From Escherichia coli (lineage in GTDB: Bacteria > Pseudomonadota > Gammaproteobacteria > Enterobacterales > Enterobacteriaceae), in NCBI GenBank assembly GCA_032372955.1, contig GCA_032372955.1_4725.1: a DNA stretch of 64,000 nt; one strand, given 5' to 3'. The notes beneath the pieces are model-generated. The model was not told the origin of the DNA, ran no database searches, and was given only the letters and a program-made list of their open reading frames with translations. Shown piece after piece: positions 29,210-39,461 of the stretch. Position numbers and translations under genes: made by a program. Within the stretch, counting starts at the first letter, position 1; each line of letters starts with the position of its first letter.

Positions 29210-31621
29210 GTGTCCAACACTGACTATCAGCTTTATTCGGAAAGCGTGCAGCGTCTAACGGACACCCTGATTATTAAAAGCGACATCACGGCAGAACGGT
29301 TAAACCTCAAGGTTTCCGAAGTCTACCAGATGGCCGTCGGGGACGACCCACGCACGTGGTTATACTACATGAATCTCGCTGGCGAGTATCATCCTTGTCA
29401 GACAATGATGACCGTAAATTCCCTGGATACGCTCGAAGAGATCGAGTTCACCAAGGAAAACATGTTACGGCATCGCATGACAGCAAGGGAATACGCGTAT
29501 GGTGGAGATTATTTCAATCGTTTAATTGCGCGGTACCCGGAACAACGTATGTTGATCTTGGGTATCCTTAACCCCATCGATATCGAGAAAGCAATTGCGG
29601 CACGCAATCATGAGATTCTCTGGTACGATACACAAGAGGTTGAGTCGCGCGAGGCCAATCTTATTCCACGTTTACAGCAAGAAATCGACGATTACTTCAG
29701 ACGCTGGGAACATCCGGCATATGAGAGCGTCGATATGCTTCATTGGCCTGCGCTATACGCCATCCTATTCACACAAATACCTGAGATGATAAAAGGTATT
29801 CGTTGGGAAAACTGTCATACCCATTATGCCCATAGCTTCCATATCTGGAGTTATCTGGCAAGCCATCAAGGTCTTGATCGATTCAAGCGATACATGACCG
29901 AATCCCAAATGCTCTGGTTCTATCGTAACATCGCTTACATTGAAAGAAACATGGGCAGAACGGAAAACTACGATAAGCTCATTCAAAAGGTATTAACCGA
30001 TCGTGGGATTCCAATCGGTGCGTTCTCGATCAAACAAGACGCTTCCGAGATACCTCAGACGTTAAAACCCACAGTTTACATGGAGCGTAAACCGCTTAAC
30101 CTTCAAGAGATCGTCGGTAATGGCACGGTAAGACGTAAGGTCACTACCGTGATGCAACAACAGTTCCCTCTAGCGCGGGATAACGAAGCGGAGTATTATA
30201 CCGAGCTTAACCGCACGATAGAGAAGATGTCGATGCACGACAACAATACCTTAACGACCAAGGTGTTGGAAAGTGAAGCCGAAGACCTTACAGACAGTGA
30301 ACTGTATCCTAAGTATGATTTCCTACTGAACGAATGGATTCATCTTAGCGCGATAGGCATGTATCAGTCACGGTTGACAACAACCAACCCGGTGACGGGT
30401 GATACCATGACGATGTCGATGAAAGATGCATACAAGCTGTTCTTGTATTTGCTGAACTATTCGATGGGCATGACGCTGATTGAAGTACCTAAGATCCATG
30501 CTAACCACGTCAGGGTATTAACGCTACCGACATTCGACCATCTCCGTAGCATTACCGATCCTGCTATCATTCCCGATAAACTGATCTGGTGGTGTTTGGA
30601 TAAGCAAGTGACGCTGCGTGCGGTCGTCAGTACTGAAGAGTTTCTGAGCGCCGTTACCGAGATTTACCAGGGTTGGCGTCGCCATCAGTTCATGTATCAG
30701 CTCCAGGAACATTATCAAGCTCGAGGCATGGCTGAAGCAATCGTTGAAAACTTCTACATGGATGTTGGTGTCGACTTCGGTATTGGGCAGCTTTACAAGG
30801 AATGGTTCTTATCGATGGATTGGGAGCTTGACGCAATCAGTCAAGAAGAGGCGGGAATTCTGGCTCTCGATATCTTCACAAAGGCCACCGGTCAAGATTT
30901 GGAAGATGTCACCAGTCTTAAGGATATTCAATACGGAATGCTGCAGCTGCTTAAGACATTGAGCAGTTACACCATCCATTTTATCCAGACAATCAACAGC
31001 GATCCAATCAAACCGCTAAACAAAATTGCCATCCGTCTCGGCTCGAGTTTAGTAAGCGGTAGTGAAGAACTGTGGGAAGACTGGGCGCAAGCAAACGTTC
31101 ATGATACGGATAACCAGGCTACGGAAGTTATCAAATTCGTACATGATAACAACCCGATGACGAACTGGCGTGAATCGGCAGTTGAAAGTTTGGAAGCGCC
31201 TCCGAAACCAACCTGGTGTGATTGTAGTGGTTACGAGAACACCCAAACCGTTCGATTCAGTACGCAATATTGGGCACAAGTCATTAGCGATCCTGTCTCG
31301 TTGCGTTTCCGTAAAAATCCGCTCGACGGTTTGTGGCTTGCGCCGTTCCCAGGTCGGGCACCACGCGACCTTCGTGAACGTCTGCCGTCAGAGTCGTTGC
31401 GTGGGTTAACCGTAACCCCAATCAAACCGTTCGAACAACGTTTCCGTAAACGTGATCTTCGAGGTCTCTGGATAGAACCGATTTACAAACAGTTGAACGG
31501 TCGTTTCAGATCAGTGGCTCTAAGTGAGACGAATCATGTTGCGTATAAGCCTATCAGTATGCGTCTATCGAATCCGCTCAATCGTTTGATTGTTAAACCT
31601 TTGCCTATCGAGGACGTTTAA
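29210..31621 (+). CDS. hypothetical protein
   Basis: Start moved to GTG 29210 (GGAGGA RBS, 6-nt spacer); the track start at 29141 would overlap the divergent 969-aa gene. 803 aa, no NTPase motif seen. Confidence 0.55.
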   Translation: MSNTDYQLYSESVQRLTDTLIIKSDITAERLNLKVSEVYQMAVGDDPRTWLYYMNLAGEYHPCQTMMTVNSLDTLEEIEFTKENMLRHRMTAREYAYGGDYFNRLIARYPEQRMLILGILNPIDIEKAIAARNHEILWYDTQEVESREANLIPRLQQEIDDYFRRWEHPAYESVDMLHWPALYAILFTQIPEMIKGIRWENCHTHYAHSFHIWSYLASHQGLDRFKRYMTESQMLWFYRNIAYIERNMGRTENYDKLIQKVLTDRGIPIGAFSIKQDASEIPQTLKPTVYMERKPLNLQEIVGNGTVRRKVTTVMQQQFPLARDNEAEYYTELNRTIEKMSMHDNNTLTTKVLESEAEDLTDSELYPKYDFLLNEWIHLSAIGMYQSRLTTTNPVTGDTMTMSMKDAYKLFLYLLNYSMGMTLIEVPKIHANHVRVLTLPTFDHLRSITDPAIIPDKLIWWCLDKQVTLRAVVSTEEFLSAVTEIYQGWRRHQFMYQLQEHYQARGMAEAIVENFYMDVGVDFGIGQLYKEWFLSMDWELDAISQEEAGILALDIFTKATGQDLEDVTSLKDIQYGMLQLLKTLSSYTIHFIQTINSDPIKPLNKIAIRLGSSLVSGSEELWEDWAQANVHDTDNQATEVIKFVHDNNPMTNWRESAVESLEAPPKPTWCDCSGYENTQTVRFSTQYWAQVISDPVSLRFRKNPLDGLWLAPFPGRAPRDLRERLPSESLRGLTVTPIKPFEQRFRKRDLRGLWIEPIYKQLNGRFRSVALSETNHVAYKPISMRLSNPLNRLIVKPLPIEDV

Positions 31622-31680
31622 CGTGATAGCGCAGCAAATCGTAAAGTCTTTTTTATCTAATTCCCGGCGAGGAGGTCACC

Positions 31681-32616
31681 GTGAGTGATACGGTAACAAC
31701 TATTGACGACACCGAACTTTACCCGGTCGACGTCTCTTTACCCTCATCCGATCTCGTGTATGGTCTTATCAACCACGATAACCCACCTCAGAACGGAGAG
31801 CATGTTCTAACCCCTGAATTATTGGTTTTAGGAACACCAACCACCAACCAAAGCGCCTACGAGCGCGACACCCAGATTACGGCGACAGCAACCGCTAAGC
31901 TTACCGAGTTGGACGATTATGAAGGTTCGACGACGCTGTATTACGATCGTATTAACATCGGTGCGTATCTGCGTAACGTAGCGCCTATTCTTATCGATGC
32001 GCCAGACGCCGCCAAGATGCGTGATATCTGGCCTATCATCAAAGAACGTTTCGGTCTTGGCCTTACCGCGGAAGAAATCGTCAACGACGAACTTAACTGG
32101 GATACCGTTAACGGACAATTGCTTCGTGTCGCATCTAACTGCCTGGCTTGGACGGGGAGCGTTCGTATCTTGATGAAGTCGCGTGTACCGAATCTTGATG
32201 ATATTATCGCGATCAAGGAGCTGGACGGCCTTAAGTTCTTCGGTCAAGGCGTACGCGCTAGCGGCGAGATTTACAGTTACAGCCGTGATACTTCTGATTA
32301 CGGTGAACTGCTGGCTTCGCTGGTAACAGGTACCGTTATTAGCGATGTGGTGGTTGCCGATCTTCTGGCTGAAATGACTACCGATCGTTGGGTATTAGAC
32401 GACAACGCCGCACCGTATAACCTGTATAATGCTAAAGTGGCTTTCAACGGTGAGTTAGGCGGACGTATTCCAGCAAGAGCAGGTTACCAATACGGTATCG
32501 AGATCAGTCTGGATGAAAACTACTGTACTGCCGTTGGCGGTCCATTGATTTTCTATTACAATGTCGACGGACATACCGCAAGCCTCCAGGGTCGTTCTCC
32601 AGAAGAACAAGGCTAA
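31681..32616 (+). CDS. paralogue family protein (YYDRI / LAWTGSV motifs), member 1
   Basis: 311-aa ORF, GTG start with GAGGAGG RBS; motifs YYDRINIG, ERFGLGLT, LAWTGSV. Confidence 0.65.
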   Translation: MSDTVTTIDDTELYPVDVSLPSSDLVYGLINHDNPPQNGEHVLTPELLVLGTPTTNQSAYERDTQITATATAKLTELDDYEGSTTLYYDRINIGAYLRNVAPILIDAPDAAKMRDIWPIIKERFGLGLTAEEIVNDELNWDTVNGQLLRVASNCLAWTGSVRILMKSRVPNLDDIIAIKELDGLKFFGQGVRASGEIYSYSRDTSDYGELLASLVTGTVISDVVVADLLAEMTTDRWVLDDNAAPYNLYNAKVAFNGELGGRIPARAGYQYGIEISLDENYCTAVGGPLIFYYNVDGHTASLQGRSPEEQG

Positions 32617-32626
32617 GGAATAAACA

Positions 32627-33478
32627 ATGAGTCAGAAATTGTTAAACAAAAGTCCTAAAGTACTGGTCGCTGAACTTATTCAGGCAGCCAATCCTGACTT
32701 CGACTTTAACTTCGATGCAATTGATATCACGGATGTTGCTGAAAACGGAAACCACGCGTATAAACGGAACACGCGCGCTAAGGTATCGCCTTCGGCAACA
32801 GTAACACCAGCACAATACCGTGAAAGCAGCTACGTGTGGTACGATCGTATCCCTATCCAAGACTTCTTCTTGGGGATGGAACCGAAGCTTGCTATCGATG
32901 CCGGGGTTAAAACGACGCACGATCTTATCCCTCTGATTCAATCAACGTACGGAATCGTTATCGATCAGGATAGCTGCGTCGATTCTCCGATCGTACGAGG
33001 CGATGAATATCCGTTCCCGCACACCGTAGAATTGAAAACCACCGGATTGGCTTGGACGGGAAGTGTTACGTTCTATCTCCTCGATAGTGCCCACGATATT
33101 GCGGGGATGATGAAGACTTCGGTGATGACCGGTCTCAATTTCCCGTACTACACCGCAAATCGTATCCAGGCATTGGTCTACAGTTACGCCATAGACTGTA
33201 CAGCGATCCGTTCCGATCTCGCCGGATTAAAAGTTGGCGGTAACTTAAGCGCACTGGTTAGCTTATTCAACAACGTTGCGCCAACCCCGTGGGTTTATAA
33301 CGGCCGTGAAGACGAAAACAACCTTTACGGAGCCACCGTGCTTGCAACCGGTAAAACAACAGAACTTATCGCACAGGGTTATCCTGTTAACCCGGCGTTC
33401 GCTAACGCTGTCATCGTTACGCTTAGCCAAGATTACTGCACGAACTACGGCGGTATCCTGTTGATGCAATATAACTGA
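32627..33478 (+). CDS. paralogue family protein, member 2
   Basis: 283-aa ORF, AAGGAA RBS; motifs VWYDRIPI, STYGIVID, LAWTGSV. Confidence 0.65.
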   Translation: MSQKLLNKSPKVLVAELIQAANPDFDFNFDAIDITDVAENGNHAYKRNTRAKVSPSATVTPAQYRESSYVWYDRIPIQDFFLGMEPKLAIDAGVKTTHDLIPLIQSTYGIVIDQDSCVDSPIVRGDEYPFPHTVELKTTGLAWTGSVTFYLLDSAHDIAGMMKTSVMTGLNFPYYTANRIQALVYSYAIDCTAIRSDLAGLKVGGNLSALVSLFNNVAPTPWVYNGREDENNLYGATVLATGKTTELIAQGYPVNPAFANAVIVTLSQDYCTNYGGILLMQYN

Positions 33479-33494
33479 TTAAATAGGAAAAGAC

Positions 33495-34379
33495 ATGGCT
33501 TCTACACAAATCCGTGCTACCGATCGTATCGTCCGTACGATTATCGGCGGTCAAGTACAAACTAACCTTACGCTCGGTCTTCCTCATGCATGGGAAGAAC
33601 ACAGCACCTTGAATGAAAAGCTTCAGATTCAATCAAAGGTTTACCCCGAGGGTAATCCTGCTGTACGTTACTTCTGTATCGGCAACCAGGGTCACGAATT
33701 CATCCGCAACGCTAACGGTATCCCTTCCTCGATGCCGATCGCTCACGAAGCAAGCGATCTATCACCGTGGAAAATCAAACCTTTCGTAATGCGTGAAGTT
33801 GGTAACGACTTGACCACGGACGAACGCGCTAAATTTGGGTTACGTCGTATTGAGACACTGGAAAGCGGTAAAAAGTATATCTGTTATTACGGTCGTCGCA
33901 TCGATTTCGATAACGTTGTCCGCTCCATGCGTTATACCAAATACGTCGACGGTGTCGCTCAGACCATCGAATGGCATCCAACCGACGCGAACCTCAACCC
34001 CGCCCGACCAGATATTCCAACAACCGGAATTCTGGTAGCGACCGGGGAGTACTACGACTACAGCTGTAAAGTCTCTTTGGTTTGGACGCCATGGGATATT
34101 AACGAATATCTCAATGTGGCTAAACTCACCGAAGGTGGTGAAGAGTACGCGGTTATTTCTGAAATTGGGATGGTCTCTGCGGGCGATAAAATCGTTCGTG
34201 CTGATGATGGTCAAGGTTCGGCCTTCGACATGAACGAAATCGTCGGTGCGCAGGTTACCGATCTGATTTCGACTTACCACAACCTTTATACCACCAACGA
34301 TACGCTGACACTGAAATACGACCTTGGTGCGTTGGAAGCTCGTAAGGCAGGCCCGACGGGCGCAGAAATCCTACCGTAA
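33495..34379 (+). CDS. paralogue family protein, divergent member 3
   Basis: 294-aa ORF, AGGAAAA RBS; weaker motifs YYGRRIDF and LVWTPWD in the same order. Confidence 0.55.
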   Translation: MASTQIRATDRIVRTIIGGQVQTNLTLGLPHAWEEHSTLNEKLQIQSKVYPEGNPAVRYFCIGNQGHEFIRNANGIPSSMPIAHEASDLSPWKIKPFVMREVGNDLTTDERAKFGLRRIETLESGKKYICYYGRRIDFDNVVRSMRYTKYVDGVAQTIEWHPTDANLNPARPDIPTTGILVATGEYYDYSCKVSLVWTPWDINEYLNVAKLTEGGEEYAVISEIGMVSAGDKIVRADDGQGSAFDMNEIVGAQVTDLISTYHNLYTTNDTLTLKYDLGALEARKAGPTGAEILP

Positions 34380-34394
34380 CCTAAGGGGTGTTAA

Positions 34395-35300
34395 ATGGAG
34401 TACAGTGAAATCCTAGGGTTAGAATCGAAAGAAATCCTCTTTCGGCTGATTCGAAAGCATAGCGATTTCGATGCTCGAGGCGTAACGCTGGATAAACTGG
34501 TTATCGGTGAGGCTTCTGAAAGCACAGGGTACAAGCGTAACAGCAAGTTAACCGTGCATCCCCAGCCGGGTTCAGGGCTGGTGAACTCTGTCGACATCTA
34601 TTATAACCGCATCGATCTTGGTAAACTGGGTACTTGGCCTGGCGGACAGCACCACTGGCCCGTCGAGATCGAAACCTTAGATGCGCTAACCAAGGTCTCT
34701 GAGATCCTACCTGTCTTAGCATCGACGTACGGTATCCTTCTCAACAAAACCGAGATTGTCGACGCAGATCTGGATAAGTCCAAGTCACCGATACAGGTTG
34801 TGATAACACCTAAACCCGGTAACCAAGTATGGGTTGGTCAGTTACTTGTCGAGTTAACTTCAGGACATAATGACCTCAACAACCTCGTTCGCAACAATAT
34901 GTTGGCTGGGTTGAATTATATCATCGATCGAGATAGCAGTAAACTCCCGGGCGCTATTGTTTCGTACAACTGGTTCGTATCTGCTGGTGTTCTGGCGTCA
35001 CTTACCGATGGTTATACGTTAACCTCAGGTGATACGCAATCGGAGGCACTAATCGCAGAAATGAACATGCTGCAATTGGGTCTCTCTGAAGAGATCGACG
35101 GCCTTATGGTCAACGATCGCTGGGTATTGTCAGCAATACCTGGACCACTCAACTTGCAGAATGCGAGAGTAATAGCCGATCCAGAGCAATTCAAAACACT
35201 ACCGTTTGGCGTGCGTACGGATGTTAGTAAAGCCGTCGTACTTCAACTTAGTGTGATGAATACGCTCATCGATGGTTATCTAACGCTATATGTAGCATAA
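34395..35300 (+). CDS. paralogue family protein, member 4
   Basis: 301-aa ORF; motifs YYNRIDLG, STYGILLN, VWVGQL. Confidence 0.65.
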   Translation: MEYSEILGLESKEILFRLIRKHSDFDARGVTLDKLVIGEASESTGYKRNSKLTVHPQPGSGLVNSVDIYYNRIDLGKLGTWPGGQHHWPVEIETLDALTKVSEILPVLASTYGILLNKTEIVDADLDKSKSPIQVVITPKPGNQVWVGQLLVELTSGHNDLNNLVRNNMLAGLNYIIDRDSSKLPGAIVSYNWFVSAGVLASLTDGYTLTSGDTQSEALIAEMNMLQLGLSEEIDGLMVNDRWVLSAIPGPLNLQNARVIADPEQFKTLPFGVRTDVSKAVVLQLSVMNTLIDGYLTLYVA

Positions 35301-35308
35301 CAGCATAT

Positions 35309-35341
35309 CCCCTCCTCCTTCCCTGTTGGGTTGGAGGAGGG
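35309..35341. terminator. conserved hairpin element between convergent genes
   Basis: CCCCTCCTCC-TT-CCC-TGTT-GGG-TT-GGAGGAGGG followed by TTATG and T-rich sequence. Confidence 0.55.
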
Positions 35342-35351
35342 TTATGTTTGG

Positions 35352-36632
35352 TTATTTGTTTTTCTGACTGGAATCGATCAATTCGAGCTTGTGTACTGTC
35401 TGCAACGTCGCATGCGTTTCCAACCAGACCTGGTGAAGATAAGGCGTATCGTTAAGCCGCTTAACGCGCGTATGTTTGTACAACGTATTTTCAAACAACA
35501 TGTTCTTACGAAGTCCCCAGCGCGAGTGAAGTACCCATAACGGTTTTTCATAGGTCTGCACGTAAGCTGGTAACTCGCCGAGATCGGCTCGAATCAGTCC
35601 TTCCGGTTTCTTACCTAAGAAATACTGTCCTGGTACACCACTTCGTGGTAAAGGTTCTTGTGTAACCTGAATCGATGTTGCTTTGATGTACACCCAGAAA
35701 CTGCAAGGATGCGTCACCCACGCTTTCAATGCTTTATCAGACAATAAACGATTGGCAACAATGTCGGACTGTGGGTCTTCTTCGTTCAACAGAATACCAA
35801 GAGATGTTAGATCAAGGTATTTGCGGGAACGGAAGTATCTTTCATAGAGAAACATGTTAATGCAGTTTATTTTCGCTGTCGTGTCGCTAACGATCGTGTA
35901 ACAATCGTCAAGAAGATGTAAATATCCCCCGAACACCAGCGCGACGGTTTCATCTTCGGCGACCTTGCGCGGTAGCCGTAAATACATCTCGTCCTTATAC
36001 GGCAAGAGCTTCGTGGAATCAGCGATCATCTCTTCTGTGATAGCATGGATTTCCAAACTCCCGATACGGCTAAAATCAATCATACCGATATCGTTTTCTT
36101 GGCCACGCTGTGCTGTCTTGAACCCACCTTGGATATAGACACCAACGTCTTTACCGTAAACGTGAGGATGGACATAACCGCCTACGGTGAACAAGCAGTG
36201 TTTGCCGATATTTTCGTAATTCGTATTCGCTTTCGTCAACAGGATATCAGTGCGTTCCGACTCGGGAATCGCGTTGCTTGGATGATAGCCACTATTACCG
36301 ACTTTAGGGAGAAAGCCTACCGTAATAGCGTCATGACAATAAAGCTTGTGGGTTTTAATCGACAGCTCGCCAGGCTGTCCACGAAGGTTAGTATGCGCAT
36401 CCGATTTCGCTTTCAACCACGCATTGAGTGTATCACTGCTGTTTTGAAGCTCGGATTGAAATGTGTACAGATCAATAACTTGTTGCTGGTCAGCATAGCT
36501 TTCATGGACCTGGATCTTGAGTTTTTGATACGTTGAGAACAACGTACTCAGGACACTTTCACCCGCCTCAAGCGCTGTCCAGGCCGTGCCAGAACCCACG
36601 GGTAATCCGTAAGTTTTTACCAATGTATACAT
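35352..36632 (-). CDS. hypothetical protein (opposite-strand gene inside host-range module)
   Basis: 426-aa ORF, AAGGGGG RBS; divergent from the first tail-fibre gene. Confidence 0.65.
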   Translation of the reverse strand: MYTLVKTYGLPVGSGTAWTALEAGESVLSTLFSTYQKLKIQVHESYADQQQVIDLYTFQSELQNSSDTLNAWLKAKSDAHTNLRGQPGELSIKTHKLYCHDAITVGFLPKVGNSGYHPSNAIPESERTDILLTKANTNYENIGKHCLFTVGGYVHPHVYGKDVGVYIQGGFKTAQRGQENDIGMIDFSRIGSLEIHAITEEMIADSTKLLPYKDEMYLRLPRKVAEDETVALVFGGYLHLLDDCYTIVSDTTAKINCINMFLYERYFRSRKYLDLTSLGILLNEEDPQSDIVANRLLSDKALKAWVTHPCSFWVYIKATSIQVTQEPLPRSGVPGQYFLGKKPEGLIRADLGELPAYVQTYEKPLWVLHSRWGLRKNMLFENTLYKHTRVKRLNDTPYLHQVWLETHATLQTVHKLELIDSSQKNK

Positions 36633-36686
36633 GGGAGAGGCCCCCTTATTTTATAGTTACAGTAATATTTTACCGCTGTTAACACA

Positions 36687-36704
36687 GGATACCCCAGGGT
36701 ATCC
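36687..36704. promoter_or_regulatory. 18-bp perfect palindrome in divergent promoter region (operator candidate)
   Basis: GGATACCC-CA-GGGTATCC between - gene start 36632 and + gene start 36737. Confidence 0.4.
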
Positions 36705-36736
36705 CATACTTACTAACAACTTGTAAAGGGCGCATC

Positions 36737-38890
36737 ATGACAGATGAAATTAAACGCCTTCCGTATAACCCGCAGGGGAATTTGGATGGCGCATGGGTTC
36801 CAGAAGAACCCGTCACTGTCCGTCCTTCCACGGGGACCGGATTTAACTTTCTCGTTCCTAAATACGCGCCATATTTTCGTAATGGGTTAAAGATCTACAA
36901 CCCTGAAACAAACGCGTATCTGGAAGAAGGCGTTGACTTTTTATGCACTCACCCCTTCCGTGCCATGGCTGCGCTGACCGGCCTGGAATTATACGGTTCC
37001 ATCATGCTGTTGGACACCGCATTCAGTGGACAGTTGCAACTGAACTACTATTCACTGGGGGGTGAGTTTACACTTGATCAACAACAAATTCTTAACGTTT
37101 TAGCCAACAACCTCTACGACCCCCGCGTTACGTTCTGGGAAAAGGTTGCTGACGTTCCTTCCGTATTCCCGCCAATCAACCACCAACATAATGTCGAAAC
37201 CGACACAATGACGTGGGACGATGTGGTGGCGGCAATCGAATCATTGAAAGAACCGCTTGAAGAAGGGTTCAATAAAGCAATGACCGCATTGCTGCAGCAC
37301 GAGAATCGTCGCGATAACCCCCATGGCGTAACCAAGGCTCAAGTTGGATTGGGGAATGTTCAGAACTTCACAACGGCGACCGAGAGCGATCTGGAAACCA
37401 TCGGTGAAAATCTGTACATGACGTTGGCGATGACGCGTAAGATGATCGCTAACCTGAGTGGTGATAGTGCTGCTGCACACATCAGCAACTACAACAACCC
37501 ACACAAGGTAACTAAAGCCCAGGTGGGACTCGGAAACGTTGAGAACTACGGTACAGCCGATAGTAATGCAACCATTACCGGTACGGCCACAAATCTGTAC
37601 ACAACACCAGCGGGTGTACGTGCGGCAATCAAGGCGATCACGGACGGCTTAAGTACGCGCATCGATCATGTCAACGCTGCGTTAACAACCCATACCGGGG
37701 ATAATAACAACCCTCACGCTGTTACGAAAGCACAGGTAGGACTGGGGGACGTACAGAACTACGGTGTGGCGTCTAATGGGGAAGCCGGTGCAGGTGTTGC
37801 TAACAACAAATACATGACGCCCGCAACCACAGCAGCCGCCATCGCAGCGTTAATCACCCCAACCGTAACCGAACATATCGGTAACACCAACAACCCACAT
37901 GGGGTGACCAAAGCCCAAGTCGGTCTGGGAAGCGTGCAGAACTTTGGGGTTGCTACTACCCAAGAAGCTATCGACGGTCAGGCTAACAACAAGTACATGA
38001 CACCAATACTTGTTCGTTACGCGATCGAGCAAATGGCTGGTCAAGGGTTCAGTAGTCACATCGCAAATACCGAGAACCCGCACCAAGTATCTAAAGCACA
38101 GGTAGGGTTGGGGAGTGTTGAAAACTATCCTGTCGCTTCTGATGTGGAAGCACAAACAGGTGTAGCGACCAACCGCTATATGACACCGGCTGCGACAAAA
38201 GCGGCAATCATCGCTTTAGCGGGTGATGGTTTTGCGGCACACGTTGTCGATAAGAGCAACCCGCATGAAGTAACAAAATCTCAAGTTGGGTTAGGGAACG
38301 TACAGGACTTTGCTGTCGCCACCGACACGCAAGCTGCCGACAAGACTAACCAGACGACGTACATGACACCGTACTCGACTTACAAGTCAATTGCGGCGTT
38401 TGCGGCGTTAGCCGATCATACGCACACAGCCGAACAAGTCGGTGCGCTCCCCATCAATGGGGGTAAGTTAACCGGACCAATCGATCTTTCAGCAACGTCT
38501 ATCACGGGTACCGGACTCGGTATCGATGGTGCTAATGGTTCAATCAACGTCAATAAGTTGACCATCAACCAGCTTCTGGAAGCTTACGGTGGCATTGAAT
38601 CCAGTGATACGATTAAAATCCTGAACGACGATGAGACGCCCGCTAACTTCCTTGCCGATGGCGATCTCGAAGGGATCAAATGGGTTAACATCAACAGCCA
38701 AGAACCTGGAGAGAACCAAGACGGCGAGAAGATGCAGAAGATCGGTAAGCTGAGCGATTACCTTAAGAACGATTATTTAACCAGCTTGAAGACGAACACA
38801 GCGTTCCGTGATGTCTTCCAAGCACTGCTTAGGGAATTCCTTGCTAACTTCAACGCGGTTATCAAAGCAACCGACTTCGAGACGTTATAA
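36737..38890 (+). CDS. tail fibre protein with T4-type repeats
   Basis: 717-aa ORF, AAAGGG RBS; six copies of NPHxVTKAQVGLGNVxNY spaced ~60 aa apart. Confidence 0.8.
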   Translation: MTDEIKRLPYNPQGNLDGAWVPEEPVTVRPSTGTGFNFLVPKYAPYFRNGLKIYNPETNAYLEEGVDFLCTHPFRAMAALTGLELYGSIMLLDTAFSGQLQLNYYSLGGEFTLDQQQILNVLANNLYDPRVTFWEKVADVPSVFPPINHQHNVETDTMTWDDVVAAIESLKEPLEEGFNKAMTALLQHENRRDNPHGVTKAQVGLGNVQNFTTATESDLETIGENLYMTLAMTRKMIANLSGDSAAAHISNYNNPHKVTKAQVGLGNVENYGTADSNATITGTATNLYTTPAGVRAAIKAITDGLSTRIDHVNAALTTHTGDNNNPHAVTKAQVGLGDVQNYGVASNGEAGAGVANNKYMTPATTAAAIAALITPTVTEHIGNTNNPHGVTKAQVGLGSVQNFGVATTQEAIDGQANNKYMTPILVRYAIEQMAGQGFSSHIANTENPHQVSKAQVGLGSVENYPVASDVEAQTGVATNRYMTPAATKAAIIALAGDGFAAHVVDKSNPHEVTKSQVGLGNVQDFAVATDTQAADKTNQTTYMTPYSTYKSIAAFAALADHTHTAEQVGALPINGGKLTGPIDLSATSITGTGLGIDGANGSINVNKLTINQLLEAYGGIESSDTIKILNDDETPANFLADGDLEGIKWVNINSQEPGENQDGEKMQKIGKLSDYLKNDYLTSLKTNTAFRDVFQALLREFLANFNAVIKATDFETL

Positions 38891-38895
38891 CGGAT

Positions 38896-38932
38896 GGGTG
38901 GGTTCTACCCACCTTTCCTTCTTTTTATTTTT
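38896..38932 (+). terminator. rho-independent terminator after tail-fibre gene
   Basis: GGGTGGG-TTCTA-CCCACC followed by TTTCCTTCTTTTTATTTTT. Confidence 0.6.
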
Positions 38933-38947
38933 CGATAGGATGTGAAA

Positions 38948-39457
38948 ATGGGCACAAAAATGAGTGAATTGGGTGCTCGCATGACGGCATGGTACGCAAG
39001 GAAGGATAACCCTAACCAAGTCACCGCAGCACAAATCGACGCACCCGATAAAAACACGATCGATACGAGAATCGGCAAAAAGCTCCCTAAGGGGATACTC
39101 CCCGTAGCGTATTTCGGTGATTGTACTGATATCCGTAGCGAACGCATCAGCAACGTTACCGCCAGCGGTACGGTAATCTCGTATCCTGAAATACCCGTCA
39201 TGATCGCCGGTACCGACTATATTCTGGCGAAGGGAACGCTAGACATCAAAAAACTTACTTCCGACTGGGCGAACAAAACCGGTTATCTTTTCATTCGTCA
39301 GAAAGACGGATCGATCGATTGGATCTGGCAGAGTAGTGCTGGGGTCGATACGTCAACAGCAATTCGCGTCGGGCAGGTGAGCTGTAACGCAACAGGAATC
39401 ACTTCGGTGGTCTTTAACAAAGTCTTCATCCTCGGCCAAAAACGTTACATGGGGTAA
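38948..39457 (+). CDS. tail-fibre-associated protein
   Basis: Start chosen at ATG 38948 (AGGA RBS); N-terminal NPNQVTAAQIDAPDK resembles the fibre repeat. Confidence 0.5.
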   Translation: MGTKMSELGARMTAWYARKDNPNQVTAAQIDAPDKNTIDTRIGKKLPKGILPVAYFGDCTDIRSERISNVTASGTVISYPEIPVMIAGTDYILAKGTLDIKKLTSDWANKTGYLFIRQKDGSIDWIWQSSAGVDTSTAIRVGQVSCNATGITSVVFNKVFILGQKRYMG

Positions 39458-39461
39458 CCGC

